DNA of 64,000 nucleotides from Eimeria praecox (GCA_963920595.1 OY986949.1:3286001-3350000), one strand, 5' to 3'; positions 11,936-26,400 are shown, numbered from the stretch's first letter. Notes: generated from the sequence alone by a model not told the origin. Numbers and translations: made by a program.

Positions 11936-14900
11936 CTAATGGACGGCACAAGGTATGCATTCCAGTGGACTTGTTGTACGTGCTGACAATTGCGCCCCAC
12001 CTCACAACGCGCATCCACCCGCCTACAGCCGAACAACAGAGATACACCGTTCGTCGTTAAGCCTGAATTGAGTCGGGCCCGGCTTTACCATGCTACCCTA
12101 CTACACCACATTCAAGCTGCTCCTTGGCCAGGCAGCCAGTAAACGGCACAGGGCTTGTTGGGCTACATAAAGAGGCATAGAAGCGAAAGCTTCGTTGATC
12201 TTGGCAGCACTGCCACACAGCCGTCCCTGTACAAATCGCTGAACGCACATTCAGTGGCTCACCAGCACCTGTGCACACCCTTAAATCCTCAACGCCCCAC
12301 ACGCAACAGTACTCTTGCCTTCACGTCGAGGTCCCGTAAAGGAGGCCACAAACTACCCTGCAAGAACCTGCCATCGGCCCCCTTGCAGAGAGCTTTGCGA
12401 CCCCATCCGACGCACGAACTAGCAGTTCAAACACTCACCACCACAGCTTGTGTCGACACCAGCTGCCCATTCCCCAGCCTATGTGCCTTCAACATAGCGC
12501 AAACTGCATTACTGTAGTTCTCGCGCAAATGCTGCTCCAATAAACATGAGATGGGCCACGGCCACTCTTAGTACGGTATGGGAAACAACAAGGTACTGCC
12601 TATCGTCAGCTACTCATTCATGCACAAACCCAACTGTGTTTCTTCCTTGGCGGTGAGGCTAGGAGAACACACCTCAATGCTCTGTTATTGGGACCTCGCG
12701 CCTCGTGGTCTCCCTAAAACGCTGCACATCGGAACGTTCGTGTTATGGCAAGCCCTTGCAATATATTCAGTCATTTTTGCCACTTACGTGCAAGTAAGTA
12801 CGTGCGCACCTTTGCGGCTACCCAAAGGTTCCCATTCAATTTCAGCTAGTGCGCCAGACGCACAATCTTGCAGCCATCCCATCAAATGCTTTCAGCCAAA
12901 GCCTGCAGGACCGCAAATGGAACTGAGCTGCCATGGCAAATCCTTGCACAATGTGGCGGACGCAAGGTCTTTCCCCACTGGATAATTCGAGAGGCTCAGC
13001 ACAGTGCGTCTCACATTGCAGAAAGCCTTCTCACGCCCACTTGAAAACTACTACAGACGCGCAGGTCCTGCAGTTGATAAGCGTCCTTTCCATCTTCGAC
13101 AGTACAGCACAAAGCGTTATGCTAGTCCCTAAACTGCGCTGGTGGGCAACGCCAAGCACCTCAAGGCAAAAGGGTTGGCAACGACAAAACGCGCCTATTC
13201 TATGAAGCACCTGGCTGCCGCTCAAATTCCCCCACATCGCATGGTGCGTTCAATACAAAGAAATCGGCGGTAGCTGAAACTGGTGTGCCCTACACACCCA
13301 AGCTCTACTTTGTATGAAGCCCATCTGCACCGTGAAAAATATACACGCGCCATGCTGCACCTCTCAGCTGACTCGATTCTGCTCAGTGTTCGAGTTGGAG
13401 CAAGTCCCGTACTTTCTACAGGTCGAACATGCCAGAATAGCCCTTGCCGCTTGACGTGCCGACCAATTAGGGCCGAACTGGGACTGCACGCCCACGTGCT
13501 AGCAGTCGCTCAATGAAAGCCCTTACCCGCCTTCTACGGTACGATGCAGGTACCCAACATACGCGAAAGCTCACCAGTGCCACTTGGAGGAAACTATGAC
13601 CGCTGCCTTCGCCTCAACGCACAGACTGTCAAAGCCATTATTGCCAGAAGGTCGACGCTGGCTAGAGAAACAGGAGTACTCACTACTCAGTACTCACTTC
13701 CGCAGTGGGCGATTTTGCGAGGTTCGGTTCACCGCAGAGCTCCGCGCAGCATCTACGCCCAATAACAAAACCTGATAGTCATTTTCGGTCCACCACTCCC
13801 TGATATGCACATTCAACCCTCAACACCACCTAGGACCCTCTATTCGCTCTGTGGTGTATCATTCACCATTTAAATGCGCTTGCGTACGCAATCAGCTGAT
13901 TGAAGGATGATTTGCAGATCAAGTGTATCCACAGCCATTAGCCCAGCAAACACGTCCAGCCTTCCTCATGGCTCTACCACAAGATCACGAAAAGCCGCGG
14001 TGTATACAAAACACACCGTCCCTGGCACTCATAGCATACACTCGAAAATCTCCACAGTTCGTGCAACGTGGGTGTGCAATGGAGTCAAGAACGCAAAGGT
14101 GCATCCATCATGTGCTTGCTAAAATGCATACTGCATGCCTCACCAACAAAGTACCTACATCCAAGAACGACAACGTAACCCTCCCAAACAATGGGACGCT
14201 GAGGCATCGCTGGAACAGCTAAAAGAACAAGTGTATGGGAACGGGCTAAGAACCACATGAGGCACGGCAATGCTCTATACAAAGCAAGAAGCACAGATGC
14301 CACAAGCCTACGACCAGTCCAACTGCTTGTGGGTTGTGCGCTAGCATGCCGGCCCTTGCGCATGCGCCCAAAGCACCCAAGCTGCGCAGAACGAGCCTGC
14401 CATGCTACGGGGCCGTTAACAGATCGGCACTATCATATGATTGCAAAACAGATCCTCTACAACTGCAATGTATGAATTCGCGTGTGCGGCGCCTCCCGAC
14501 ACACTTCCTGCAGATAGGCCGACTTGACGGGACACGGAGGCTGCTCAAAAGCTTTTACAACTCACTATCACCAAGCGGGGACGGCAGCCGCATTACACGA
14601 GACGTATATACCAGCAAAGGCACAATGTCACCAATGCAGGCAACCATTATGATTGGGTTACCCATGCAACACAGATAACTGTCTTCTGCACCCATTTTAA
14701 ATGGTCTCAGGAGCAATGCCGTGTTTATGGCTACACTCAGCTGCATGAACCGCTCTGCTGCGGGACTAGGTAAGGCCTATCTGGGCCACCTTAGCATATT
14801 CGCCAACGAACACGGTCGACAGCAGAGACGCATCCGACTCACGAGCTGCCCTCTCAAGCAAGCGTATGAATGGCCCGCTTTTGGAACAAAAGATCAAGAT

Positions 14901-15412
14901 GTCAGGCATCTAGGAACACTAATGCCATGCTTGTGGGCGCATATGCGTCGCAGCTCTGACGCTCTATAGCGCGTTTCAGTACTGCCGAGCATACGAGCGC
15001 AAGCACGAGTTGGGCCCCATCTGTGTAGTTTACATCACCGTATGCCATGCCTTTACGCCTTAACCTGAAACAGATGTTGAGCCATCAACCACAGCCAGCG
15101 CGAGGCAGAGCTGTACACAAGCACGCACTCTTGACAATGAAAGCCAATGCCAACGTGATGGGATTTACCTAACACCTGCATTGCCTGGATGCCCAATAGC
15201 TATAGATATACATATGCTTGCGCTAGCGAGTCGTAGCTTCTCCATTTGAAAGTCCCTTAAAGGGATTATGTCACAGAAACAACAGCCATTTCTAGCCATT
15301 TCCACCCACACTTCCCAAGATTAGCCTCTACATGTGTCGACGGCTAGGCATACTTGCTGTATGTTGCACGCATATTCTTAACTATTTCGCTGTTGCGCGC
15401 ACATCGCAAGTA
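11936..15412. repeat. Tandem segmental repeat A, copy 2 (3477 bp)
   Basis: Near-identical to copy 1, but has 424 nt at 13808-14231 in place of GTC and a 13-bp deletion near 14495. Confidence 0.97.
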
Positions 15413-17990
15413 CTAATGGACGGCACAAGGTATGCATTCCAGTGGACTTGTTGTACGTGCTGACAATTGCGCCCCACCTCACAACGCGCATCCACCCGCC
15501 TACAGCCGAACAACAGAGATACACCGTTCGTCGTTAAGCCTGAATTGAGTCGGGCCCGGCTTTACCATGCTACCCTACTACACCACATTCAAGCTGCTCC
15601 TTGGCCAGGCAGCCAGTAAACGGCACAGGGCTTGTTGGGCTACACGAAGAGGCACAGAAGCGAATGCTTCGTTGATCTTGGCAGCACTGCCACACAGCCG
15701 TCCCTGTACAAATCGCTGCGCGCACATCCAGTGGCTCACCAGCACCGGTGCACACCCTTAAATCCTCAACGCCCCACACGCAACAGTACTCTTGCCTTCA
15801 CGTCGAGGTCCCGTAAAGGAGGCCACAAACTACCCTGCAAGAACCTGCCCTCGGCCCCTTGGCAGAAAGCTTTGCGACCCCATCCGACGCACGAACTAGC
15901 AGTTCAAACACTCACCACCACAGCTTGTGTCGACACCAGCTGCCCATTCCCCAGCCTATGTGCCTTCGACATAGCGCAAACTGCATTACTGTAGTTCTCG
16001 CGCAAATGCTGCTCCAATAAACATGAGATGGACCACGGCCACTCTTAGTACGGTATGGGAAACAACAAGGTACTGCCTATCGTCAGCTACTCATTCATGC
16101 ACAAACCCAACTGTGTTTCTTCCTTGGCGGTGAGGCTAGGAGAACACACCTCAATGCTCTGTTATTGGGACCTCGTGCCTCGTGGTCTCCCTAAAACGCT
16201 GCACATCGGAACGTTCGTGTTATGGCAAGCCCTTGCAATATATTCAGTCATTTTTGCCACTTACGTGCAAGTAAGTACGTGCGCACCTTTGCGGCTACCC
16301 AAAGGTTCCCATTCAATTTCAGCTAGTGCACCAGACGCACAATCTTGCAGCCATCCCATCAAATGCTTTCAGCCAAAGCCTGCAGGACCGCAAATGGAAC
16401 TGAGCTGCCATGGCAAATCCTTGCACAATGTGGCGGACGCAAGGTCTTTCCCCACTGGATAATTCGAGAGGCTCAGCACAGTGCGTCTCACATTGCAGAA
16501 AGCCTTCTCACGCCCACTTGAAAACTACTACAGACGCGCAGGTCCTGCAGTTGATAAGCGTCCTTTCCATCTTCGACAGTACAGCACAAAGCGTTATGCT
16601 AGTCCCTAAACTGCGCTGGTGGGCAACGCCAAGCACCTCAAGGCAAAAGGGTTGGCAACGACAAAACGCGCCTATTCTATGAAGCACCTGGCTGCCGCTC
16701 AAATTCCCCCACATCGCATGGTGCGTTCAATACAAAGAAATCGGCGGTAGCTGAAACTGGTGCTTCCTACACACCCAAGCTCTACTTTGTATGAAGCCCA
16801 TCTGCACCGCAAAAAATATACACGCGCCATGCTGCACCTCTCAGCTGACTCGATTCTGCTCAGTGTTCGTGCTGCAGCAAGTCCCGTACTTTCTTCAGGT
16901 CGAACATGCCAGAATAGCCCTTGCCGCTTGACGTGCCGACCAATTAGGGCCGAACTGGGACTGCACGCCCACGTGCTAGCAGTCGCTCAATGAAAGCCCT
17001 TACCCGCCTTCTACGGTACGATGCAGGTACCCAACATACGCGAAAGCCCACCAGTGACACTTGGGGGAAACTATGACCGCTGCCTTCGTCTCAACGCACA
17101 GACTGTCAAAGCCATTATTGCCAGAAGGTCGACGCTGGCTAGAGAAACAGGAGTACTCACTACTCAGTACTCACTTCCGCTGTGGGCGTTTTTGCGCGGT
17201 TCCGTTCACCACAGAGCTCCGCGCAGCATCTACGCCCAATAACAAAACCTGATAGTCATTTTCGGTCCACCACTCCCTAATATGGTCTGTATGGAAACGG
17301 GCTAAGAACCACATGAGGCACGGCAATGCTCTATACAAAGCAATAAGCACAGATGCTACAAGCCTACGACCAGTCCAACTGCTTGTGGGTTGTGCGCTAG
17401 CATGCCGGCCCTTGCTCATGCGCCCAAAGCACCCAAGCTGCGCAGAACGAGCCTGCCATGCTACGGGGCCGTTAACAGATCGGCACTATCATATGATTGC
17501 AAAACAGATCCTCTACAACTGCAATGCATGAATTCGCGTGTGCTGCGCCTGGACTCTCCTTCGCCCGACACACTTCCTGCAGATAGGCCGACTTGACGGG
17601 ACACGGAGGCTGCTCAAAAGCTCTTACAACTCACTATCACCAAGCGGGGACGGCAGCCGCATTACACGAGACGTATTTACCAGCAAAGGCACAATGTCAC
17701 CAATGCAGGCAACCATTAGGACTGGGCTACCCATGCAACACAGATAACTGTCTTCTGCACCCATTTTAAATGGTCTCAGGAGCAATGCCGTGTTTATGGC
17801 TACACTCAGCTGCATGAACCGCTCTGCTGCGGAACTAGGTAAGGCCTATCTGGGCCACCTTAGCATATTCGCCAACGAACACGGTCGACAGCAGAGACGC
17901 ATCCGACTCACGAGCTGCCCTCTCAAGCAAGCGTATAAACGGCCCGCTTTTGGAACAAAAGGTCAAGATATCAGGCATCTAGGAAGAGTA
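15413..17990. repeat. Tandem segmental repeat A, copy 3 (partial, ~2.58 kb)
   Basis: Matches copy 1 at +6546 until TCAGGCATCTAGGAA (~17985), then diverges. Confidence 0.96.
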
Positions 17991-19369
17991 TTGCCATCTT
18001 TGTGAAAGCGCCGGAGAGTCTGCGTGCATGCATGTTGCAGAGTTAATGATAATGTAGTTGCATGCATTGCCATTCCTGCAAGCACACGCAATAGCGCATG
18101 ATATCCCCGACGTATAGTGGCTCCGAAGCCGCAGCACTGTGTTTTGGTGATGATGAAGCCGTTCCTGGACACGGTGCTTGGGCATCTGCCAATATGGATG
18201 TGGTCCTTCAGGGACTGCCAAGGAGCAACGCGTGCGCATACGGCCAGCTCGTTAGCGGCATCCAATCTCTCCCTTTACCTTGGTCCATATTGCTCCTCGA
18301 AATTAATCCGCAGTTCGCCCTAGGGCAACAAAAGAACTCCAGCCAGATGGGAGTACTCATCATTTTAGATATGGGCTTTAAACTGCTACCCGGTATCCTT
18401 GGAACACACTCGCTTCGTGCGTGCAGGAAAGCGTAAAAGCGTGCACATCTGAACTGCAGAAACAGAGCATTATTGCCGCTGCAGGGGTATCGTATCTCTT
18501 CTTAATGCTTCAGCGTTTCAGGTACACTTATATGCGCATGCTGAAAAAAACGCCAGGCACGCTGTACAGCAATTGGTGCACATCGTGTGGGTGTGGCGGA
18601 AAACATGTTTGGAGCAACTGACAGGATAATCTCTACAATTTAGTCTACAGGTGAAGCAAAATTCATCCGTGTTGACACAAACACAATGGTAAACAGAGAA
18701 TCGATCTACCAAGCATTTGAGAGATTGCTGCCAGCAAACCTCACCTAAAGACAGCACCTATATAACAGCACAGCCAGAGCGCACTGAAGCCTTTACAAAC
18801 CACACGGCAAAAAGGTTCTCCGCTCAACGCCAATAGCAATCTCAACGCGGTCAAACAATAAAGTTCACGCCTTACTGTCTAGAGCACGGCGGTCTGTACG
18901 ACGCATCGCACTTACATGCTGGACAGTTGCCCTCTTCTGGCTCGCATCGAGTTAAGTCCTTTCTGCCGCAAGGAGCCAATGCTGCGCACTCGCAAATAGA
19001 GCTTGTGCGGCGCCGCACTACGGCTACACATCATACACTGAATATTACCCTGGTAGCACCTGCTCCTGCTCCGAGCCTGCTGAGATGCTATATGCACGTG
19101 CTGTGCACCATGGATTCTTCGCGCATATAATAGTTCTGTCTCGGAAGCAAATTGGTCACAACAGTGCTGCCTCTGAATCACATGAGTCTCCGCCAATCCC
19201 AAATCAAACCATATGCGCCAGTGTCATCTACTGAAATATTAGTCTCAAAATCCTGGTATTACCTCTATACACGACCAACGTGCATAGCTCAAATGTGGAC
19301 AGCCTTCTTTCATCATTGTTGGCAAACGCGCACAAACGCTTTTAAAGGTCGCCTTAAGACCAAAGATGT

Positions 19370-19615
19370 TTAAGGATTGTGCTTTGGTAGTAGATAGCTA
19401 ACTGTCTGCAAGTTCATTGGTCGTGCAAGCCTCATGCGGTAAATGCCGCATGCTATGGTATCAGATAAACTGATTCTGCTGCAGTTAGTCATATGGCTAT
19501 ATGAGTGCTTCCCCTCATGCAGCACCAGAGGACCACAACTGCTGCTGGGGAAGGTGACAACAATGCTGTCTTCATCTTGCGTGTAAAATGCACCGCCGCG
19601 CAACCCAAGAGGCCC
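19370..19615 (-). CDS. Candidate exon, unknown product
   Basis: TTGTGCAGCAG acceptor, then open frame GPLGLRGGAFYTQDEDSIVVTFPSSSCGPLVLHEGKHSY. The 3' boundary is uncertain. Confidence 0.2.
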   Translation of the reverse strand, partial: GPLGLRGGAFYTQDEDSIVVTFPSSSCGPLVLHEGKHSYSHMTNCSRISLSDTIACGIYRMRLARPMNLQTVSYLLPKHNP

Positions 19616-20091
19616 CTGCTGCACAACAAAAGGCTCCCCTTCTAACACCTCTGACGGCTGAAACGAATGTACGCGAAGGCCAAGCAAATAGCATTAGGCT
19701 TTTAGGCAAAACGTTGGGCGTACAACGTGAAATCCTTCCCGCATTGACCAAAATTCCCCGAAGCTTCTGTGCTCAACATTACTCGTGACCGAGTCTCCAA
19801 ACATTTGGACTGCAGGCCAGCGCTTTCCCCATGTCCCTCAAATGCACAAATCAGTAAAAGCTCAGCCCAAATGACTGCTTGTAGAGATGAAATATGTCAG
19901 TGCAGTGCCATACAGAGAACCAGCACCTGACGTGTGCTATATGGGCATCCCGCAACTTGTTAAAAAAATGAGAACGTTAGGCATTTAACGCAAACCTCAC
20001 AAGGACTCGAGCATTCAGGGCACCTCACAGTCGTGTGCAACTGCCGCAAGGTAAAGGCCATGGCCTGCAGCAAAGAAGCCCGACTGTACAT

Positions 20092-20094
<3 letters not shown>

Positions 20095-20186
<92 letters not shown>
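20095..20186. repeat. (AT)46 microsatellite
   Basis: Perfect AT dinucleotide run of 92 bp. Confidence 0.98.
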
Positions 20187-20189
<3 letters not shown>

Positions 20190-21171
20190 AATTACATGCG
20201 TGAAGGAGCGCAGCCGTTTACACTAGTCTGTACATCATGCTGAGCCATGCCGTCCCCACGTATGCGCTTGCATTCACGAGAGTTCTCAAAACTCCATCAG
20301 CACTCGTTCCAATGGTTTGCTTCCTGTGAAAGAAGCAAAATATCTGGGGCTCTGATGGTTTTAGTTTATGGCTTAGGACGATCGCACATGCCTTGAGGGC
20401 TTTGGGTCTAGTATTTATGGCAACCGCGCTGCCTCAGCACCAGCAGTTTAAAACTACAATGATCAAATTCGGAAAACTAATCTACGGATTGTATATTTAA
20501 CTGCAGAACGAGTAAGCACTATAGAGCACAAGGCCTAATCCTTTACAACGAATGAAACCGCATGCTCGACTGCTGCGGCCTGCCGCCATGCACTCCCCTT
20601 TAGTCAATTTCTCCCCGATCACCGTAGGTCACTGCAGGTTTCTTCTACAGCACATCACTGCATACCGCTTTTTTACTACTTAGTTTAACTTCGGAGAAGC
20701 TAGCACTGCCTCAGTTCCTTAGCGAAACCTTATGGCCGCCGGTTGGTTCAAAATGCCAGAATTTGCAGAGGCACAACGCATCCAAATTATTTAGGTGTTC
20801 ACTCAACACCAGCCAGGAAGGAGAAGACCTGAAGACAAGCATCCTGAGCTGCCGCAACCGAGATTGCTGGTGATGAACACTCAACGTTTCAGATGAAGGG
20901 GTTGCACTTCTGCCAGACAGAAGCACGACAACCAGAGAGAGGGCTCAAGAAGGAGGATGCCAATCCGCTCACCAGCCCATAGTCCGCTGTGCGCCATTGA
21001 ATTCCGCGGGGCCTCAGCACAGCAGGGTTTGTCACCAAACAGTGGCATTCTCACATCAAAGACTGAGCAGGCGATTGGCAAGCTCGCTTCCAGGACTACT
21101 GCATTTTGGGCTTTCCGGCTGCTTGTACACATGCATATACCAATGCGCCCACCTGCTCAGCATGTATGTAC

Positions 21172-21222
21172 CCTGCCTAGCGGAAAACGATATGGCGGCC
21201 CCAAAGATATTCCACACACTTC
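21172..21222 (-). other. Candidate 51-nt mini-exon (TGCAG|GAAGT...AGG|GTACAT)
   Basis: The minus strand reads TTGCAG|GAAGTGTGTGGAATATCTTTGGGGCCGCCATATCGTTTTCCGCTAGGCAGG|GTACAT. It has the same 5' junction and length as an element in the 1250-bp satellite unit. Confidence 0.3.
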
Positions 21223-22497
21223 CTGCAATTGCTCAAACTTTTCTACATTCCTATGCTGCCATTCTATCGATACATGAGCAGGCGTTCTGAAGTTGGATGC
21301 CAGCAGATATCATGCGTGGCTACTGAACACGAAACTGCAGCCCGTCACTGGTCCGAGGCTACCACTGTGTGCACAACGCCGCCTCAATGATATCTCCGCA
21401 AAGTTCCAAATAAGATCAGCTGGCAATGCATGAACAACCCTCTACGTAGCAACAAAATATCTCAGGAGCTTGACGTTGGAGCTCAATACCTTCAAGGAAT
21501 GATTCAGATGCTCTGGCATATCAACATACGTTCTTTGGAGAAATCCAGCCCTAATATTCACATGGTTGCTAAACACGTGCAATGCGTAAAGGAGAGCATC
21601 TTTTGTGCCGCCATTTGCAAATATGCGCCATGATGCCTTGCACTCTGACAGCAAAAGCTTCAGGCGGCGTTTTGCTGCCATGTATGTGCGTCCCGCACAT
21701 ACACTGCAGCAAGATGCCGCCGCATTATCAAAGGGATGGCAAAGATTACCAGAAAGCGCTCTGGATGTTGGAAGGCAGCCTTTGCCGACAGACTGCACCA
21801 AGGTATTTACAAAGCAGCGTGCAGGCAGGCTTGCATTGTGTGTGCACATGTTAGCTAGGCAATTACCACAACTTACCCATAGCCAACACCCGCCTGCGCT
21901 GACAGTCGTGTTGCCAAACACAATTCAGGCATCTGCCGCTGAATTCACAGTAATATAAGGTATACCAAACGCACTAGCTATCACGCCAGAAAACCTGCAG
22001 TCGGGCCTTCAAATCCAGAAGAGGGCAACCGGAAACCGAAAGGGAAAGAACGGGCTGACACACTGCATCCCAGCGCGGAGCCGGTGGGATGCTGAAGTCC
22101 TTCTGAGTATTTGGAAGAATACCGGCAAAGAAAGTGGAAGACAGCCTTCCGCATAATAAATTCTCAACCTGAACAAGACGCTAGTGTATTATGCTCCTCG
22201 TGTGGTAGGAGTGCCGCAAAACAGAGCTCCCAAGGATAAGACCTCCGGACGTCAGGAAGAATTTTCTGCCGGAGAGAATCCCGGACCAATAATCAATACA
22301 CAAAACCAACCTGCTATTGACGGGCCAGCGAACCTTTGCTCGTCAAAGCATGACCCGTTGGAATGCACGTCTGCTGCGCCTGCTGCACGTACTCGCTGCC
22401 CCGTCCAAAGAAGTGCCCAAACTTCCCGCTCTTAGTTTCGCCCAAACGCTAGTCCATGTGGCCAGAAATAAGTCAACAAGCTATTGTTGTGTGTGAT

Positions 22498-22738
22498 TTA
22501 ATGCTCCATAGCTGATGGGCAGGCGAGATCCACCGTCCTGGGCAGGTGTTGAAGTTTAGCCCTTATTGCTGTTAGGCAGCGATTCCCAAGCAGCCCTGAG
22601 GCATGGACTTGTGAATACGCGGATGATAGGTAACTTTCGGGAGTCATTTCTTGACGCGAAGCTACGTTACATATGGTTCTACGCAGGTTCATGAAATGAT
22701 GGTATGAGCCGATGCTGTAGATGAAGAAGTTGCGCAAG
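22498..22738 (-). CDS. Candidate exon, unknown product
   Basis: CGCTGCAG acceptor, then open frame LRNFFIYSIGSYHHFMNLRRTICNVASRQEMTPESYLSSAYSQVHASGLLGNRCLTAIRAKLQHLP. Confidence 0.2.
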
Positions 22739-23239
22739 CTGCAGCGCCCAACGTTGTATGCAGTGGCATGCCAGCATACACTGTGCTGAATGCTATCATG
22801 GTGGAGCAAAACGGCACTTAACTGCTCAATAGCCAAACTGTGTTTAACTCGAGATGCAATGAGCGTTCTGAACACTCAAGCGCACAGCCTTGCAAATGAG
22901 CACCTTACCGCACTGAGCGTCAGATACAGATGCTACAAAATGATATTGATACGCCTTCAGCCCGTAACAACACAAGATACACAACACCAGGGGGTCATCA
23001 CCAACTCACTGCCAAATGGCGAGAGCGGCCTAAGAGTATCAGAAGGCAAGCGAGACCACATTCATGAAGCCATTACCAGAATGCATTCCAGCACGGCCTC
23101 CACCTATATTAAATACCAAACATCATGCACTTTCCACATCTAAATATATAAAGGTGAGCAGCCTTATTTCAAGACAAAGGCTTGCCAAGGAGAAGCCCAT
23201 GACTAACGAAGACGTTGATCAAGATGTGAACTTCGACTT

Positions 23240-23431
23240 TTAATAAGGACCGTCCAAGCCAAAAGGCCACGGCTTGTTCGCTCGTGTTGTCTTAGTAAAA
23301 TCCGTATGATGCTTTTGGCATACATCACGCACCACCTTGAGATTAATTTTAAACCAGCGTGTTCCGTGACTACTGAGTTGAGCCGAGCAAGAAACGGTAT
23401 CAAGGAAAGCAAGGAGAAAGACAACACCTTT
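23240..23431 (-). CDS. Candidate exon, unknown product
   Basis: GTGTTGCAG acceptor, then KGVVFLLAFLDTVSCSAQLSSHGTRWFKINLKVVRDVCQKHHTDFTKTTRANKPWPFGLDGPY. Confidence 0.2.
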   Translation of the reverse strand, partial: KGVVFLLAFLDTVSCSAQLSSHGTRWFKINLKVVRDVCQKHHTDFTKTTRANKPWPFGLDGPY

Positions 23432-26400
23432 CTGCAACACTATCCATTGCGCGACGCATCACACCCCTGAAGACGGAGAGCATACAGGAGATGGTATGCA
23501 CCCTCAAAAGCATTCTTTGATCCAAGTGCTGCAATATGGAAGCAACTCCACCCATCTGCTCCTCTTAAATGGATTGTTGACGAACCGATTGTGCTATTTT
23601 CGGGCATGGCACTGGAGGAGTAATGGTAAGCACTACTACTATCAGCTAGATACACTCAAATTCCTCCCTACACGCAAGTTTGTAAAGCCCCCCCGGCAAC
23701 AAACCAGTATCCACCGCGCGCAAAACCAGTATATTCAGTACGCAAGTTGCATTTTACTTGCTTCTCTGCATCAATCGTGCTGGGAAGCTACGGTGTGATG
23801 CGTGTGCCTCACTTTCTGCATGTAGAATATACTTCGCATGCGAACATAAATGGGAAAGAGGCGATACATTGCGGCTCATTGGGCAGCCTCGCGTTCCAGT
23901 CGCTCCGAGCAGACGTTGCTGGTGTTTAACAGGTAGAGAAGGCGCAAAAGCCACAACAGTAAGCTTGAATAACAGTCCCACACTTATTTGGCTTTCTGAT
24001 CCCGCAATACGAGATGCAGTTAGACGTTTCAGCTGCAGGGCCTAGTGGCTAGAACTGGATTCCCTACACTTGCCTGTGCAACATGAAAAGCACAGCTATG
24101 AGTCGCTCAAGCTTGCCAACGCTTTCAAGCCCCCCCAAAACGCAGCCTTACTGCCAGCGAACGCAAGAAGGGGTGTACTACTAATTGCATGCATGCTTAC
24201 ACCTATTTTGGTGACGTACTGCCTTCAATCCAATTTGAGTGAAGAGCCAGCTTTTTCTACTGTGATGTACCTCCATGGTGCTATTACGGACACGTCGCAA
24301 GCAGGCGTCGTACGTATAGCTCGCTCGCTTTCCGAAGCCTGAACTGAAGATGGTAAGCTCATATGGGGACAACGCGAGTAAATTTGTCTAAAAGGCAACC
24401 CAATACGCGTCTGATAGGCTTGCTACACTTCGTCCGCAGTTGCATCCCGGAAGGATGGGCAACACGAAGGCCAAAGCGCTAGCGAAAGGGAGTAACACTG
24501 CATACGCGCAGAGTGCACGCATGTACTGCAGCACACACCGGTTGGAATTCCCCATGTCAAAGTGCCTCGCCACTACGAAAAGGCATCCTTAGAAACCTTC
24601 CCGAAAAGCTGGAAGTTTGACCACTGCCTGCACCGGCAGCTACAGTTCAATCGTACAGCCTTGAATGGCATTATGGCTAAAATGTATGCGCGGTGCGTGC
24701 GGGATTAGCTGACGCAGAAATAGATGGTATAAACAGTTTGTTTGATTAAACGGCCTGCCAAATAAGGTTGATGCTGTTGGCTAAAGCTGCTCTGCAGGTG
24801 CGCATGGAGCCCGCGCTACAGCAGAACTACAGGGAAGAACTCTATATAGGCTTGCGTAAGGACGAGAGGCCTCCGGTGCGTCTTGGGACGCTGCTGATTG
24901 CACGCATACAGTGTGAAAGACATCTAACCATGCAAGGTGTCTAACCGCAATACGTAGAAAGCCCAAGAAGACGACTAGGAAGTCATATGAATGCCTCTAT
25001 TGCCCAACGACAGCTGCCAGTGAATCACCACACGACCTCAACTACGAAGGGCTAATCAGCTCAGCTGAGCGCAAGTGAAGCCCAACCACTGAGCGTCTAA
25101 CACCTATGTCACAACATGGTAAGAACCCTGCCATCCAGCAAAGCGCATGTACATTGTAACTAGCATAAAAGGAATTTGTTTTCCGTTGATTCCACGCTTT
25201 TAATACAACGCACGCCCTGCCGGCAGAGGAAACTGACATATGCTTCTCCTCCAAAACTGTATATGGATGCGGCAGGGAGGTATGTGCACGAAAGTGTCCA
25301 GAACAGCCACGATGTACTGCGAGCTAGTTCTTCATGGCTCTACAGAAAAGGCCGTTTGCTATCTCGATGGCATATCTGAAAGAACTGTAAGACTCTGGTA
25401 AGGTGAACACCGGATGGCCGTCTAACGCTTCCATCGTGCTCATGCTGGCCATTCGTTCTCAATGTTAAATGTTGGCACCACAGGCAAAGTATTATGCAAA
25501 TACGAACACAAACAGCACACCCCACAGATGTGCATAACAAAACCATCAGCCAAAGCAAGACGTAAGCGTCTAAACAATTACCACAGGCACCAGAAAAGGA
25601 AATAGACCCAGTGCCCGGCCCACAAATTTGCATTGCAAAAGTGCATACAGTAAATCCGTGATGATTATACCGTGAAATTTGTGATTTCGCTCACGTCCTA
25701 CAGGCCCAATGAACTCTTTCACAGCTTACCCCGCTCAGCTCTTCGAATGAAGACACAGATCCTGGCGTGGTCCAGTAAGACTCAAAGTTACCCGACACTA
25801 TGCAGGAATGTAAGCGTCACACTGGTCGGATAATACCTACCTCGCTAACGACTGTGCTAGAAACCAAATGAGCTATTGACTGGATGCTGCCGGGAAACCA
25901 CAAACGCAATGCATCTGAAGCTTTCAGTGAAACTTTACAGAAAATGAATATGGTTGTCATGTCCCATGCGAAACCCTGAGGCGACTCCAAGGTCTAAGAA
26001 ATCCCATTAAATTACAAGGAAGGGGGCGACTCTGCACAACGGCAAGCGCTGATGGTTAAGAACAGGCGTGCAGGTCATGATGCTATGGAAAAACTTCATT
26101 CCTGCGCTTAGACGCACTTTCTGAGCTTGCGCAGATAGGGGTAACTGGATGTAGGCCAAAGCGAAGCCTCCCGCGTTCGGATGAGCTTCTCTGACTGATG
26201 CTTTAGCACCTCGCATCCTCCCTTCACAGTTAAAGCCATAAAATAATCAAGGAACGCACTAGGCAAACAAATAGCATTAATGACGCCTTGCATCATGCAT
26301 CGGTGCTTGCAAACAGTACGTTCCAATGGATGGTGCAAGGCGAAAAACAACATAGGCGTAAGGTTTACTGCCGCAACACAAGCGCTTGATAAACTGCTTA

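Noticed and set aside
9024..18005. Repeated 60-135 aa ORFs in repeat A as genes
   Set aside because: They recur only because the DNA is a recent duplication. They overlap in several frames and have no recognisable domains.
19960..20226. ORFs with YIYIYI runs
   Set aside because: These are translation artefacts of the (AT)46 microsatellite.
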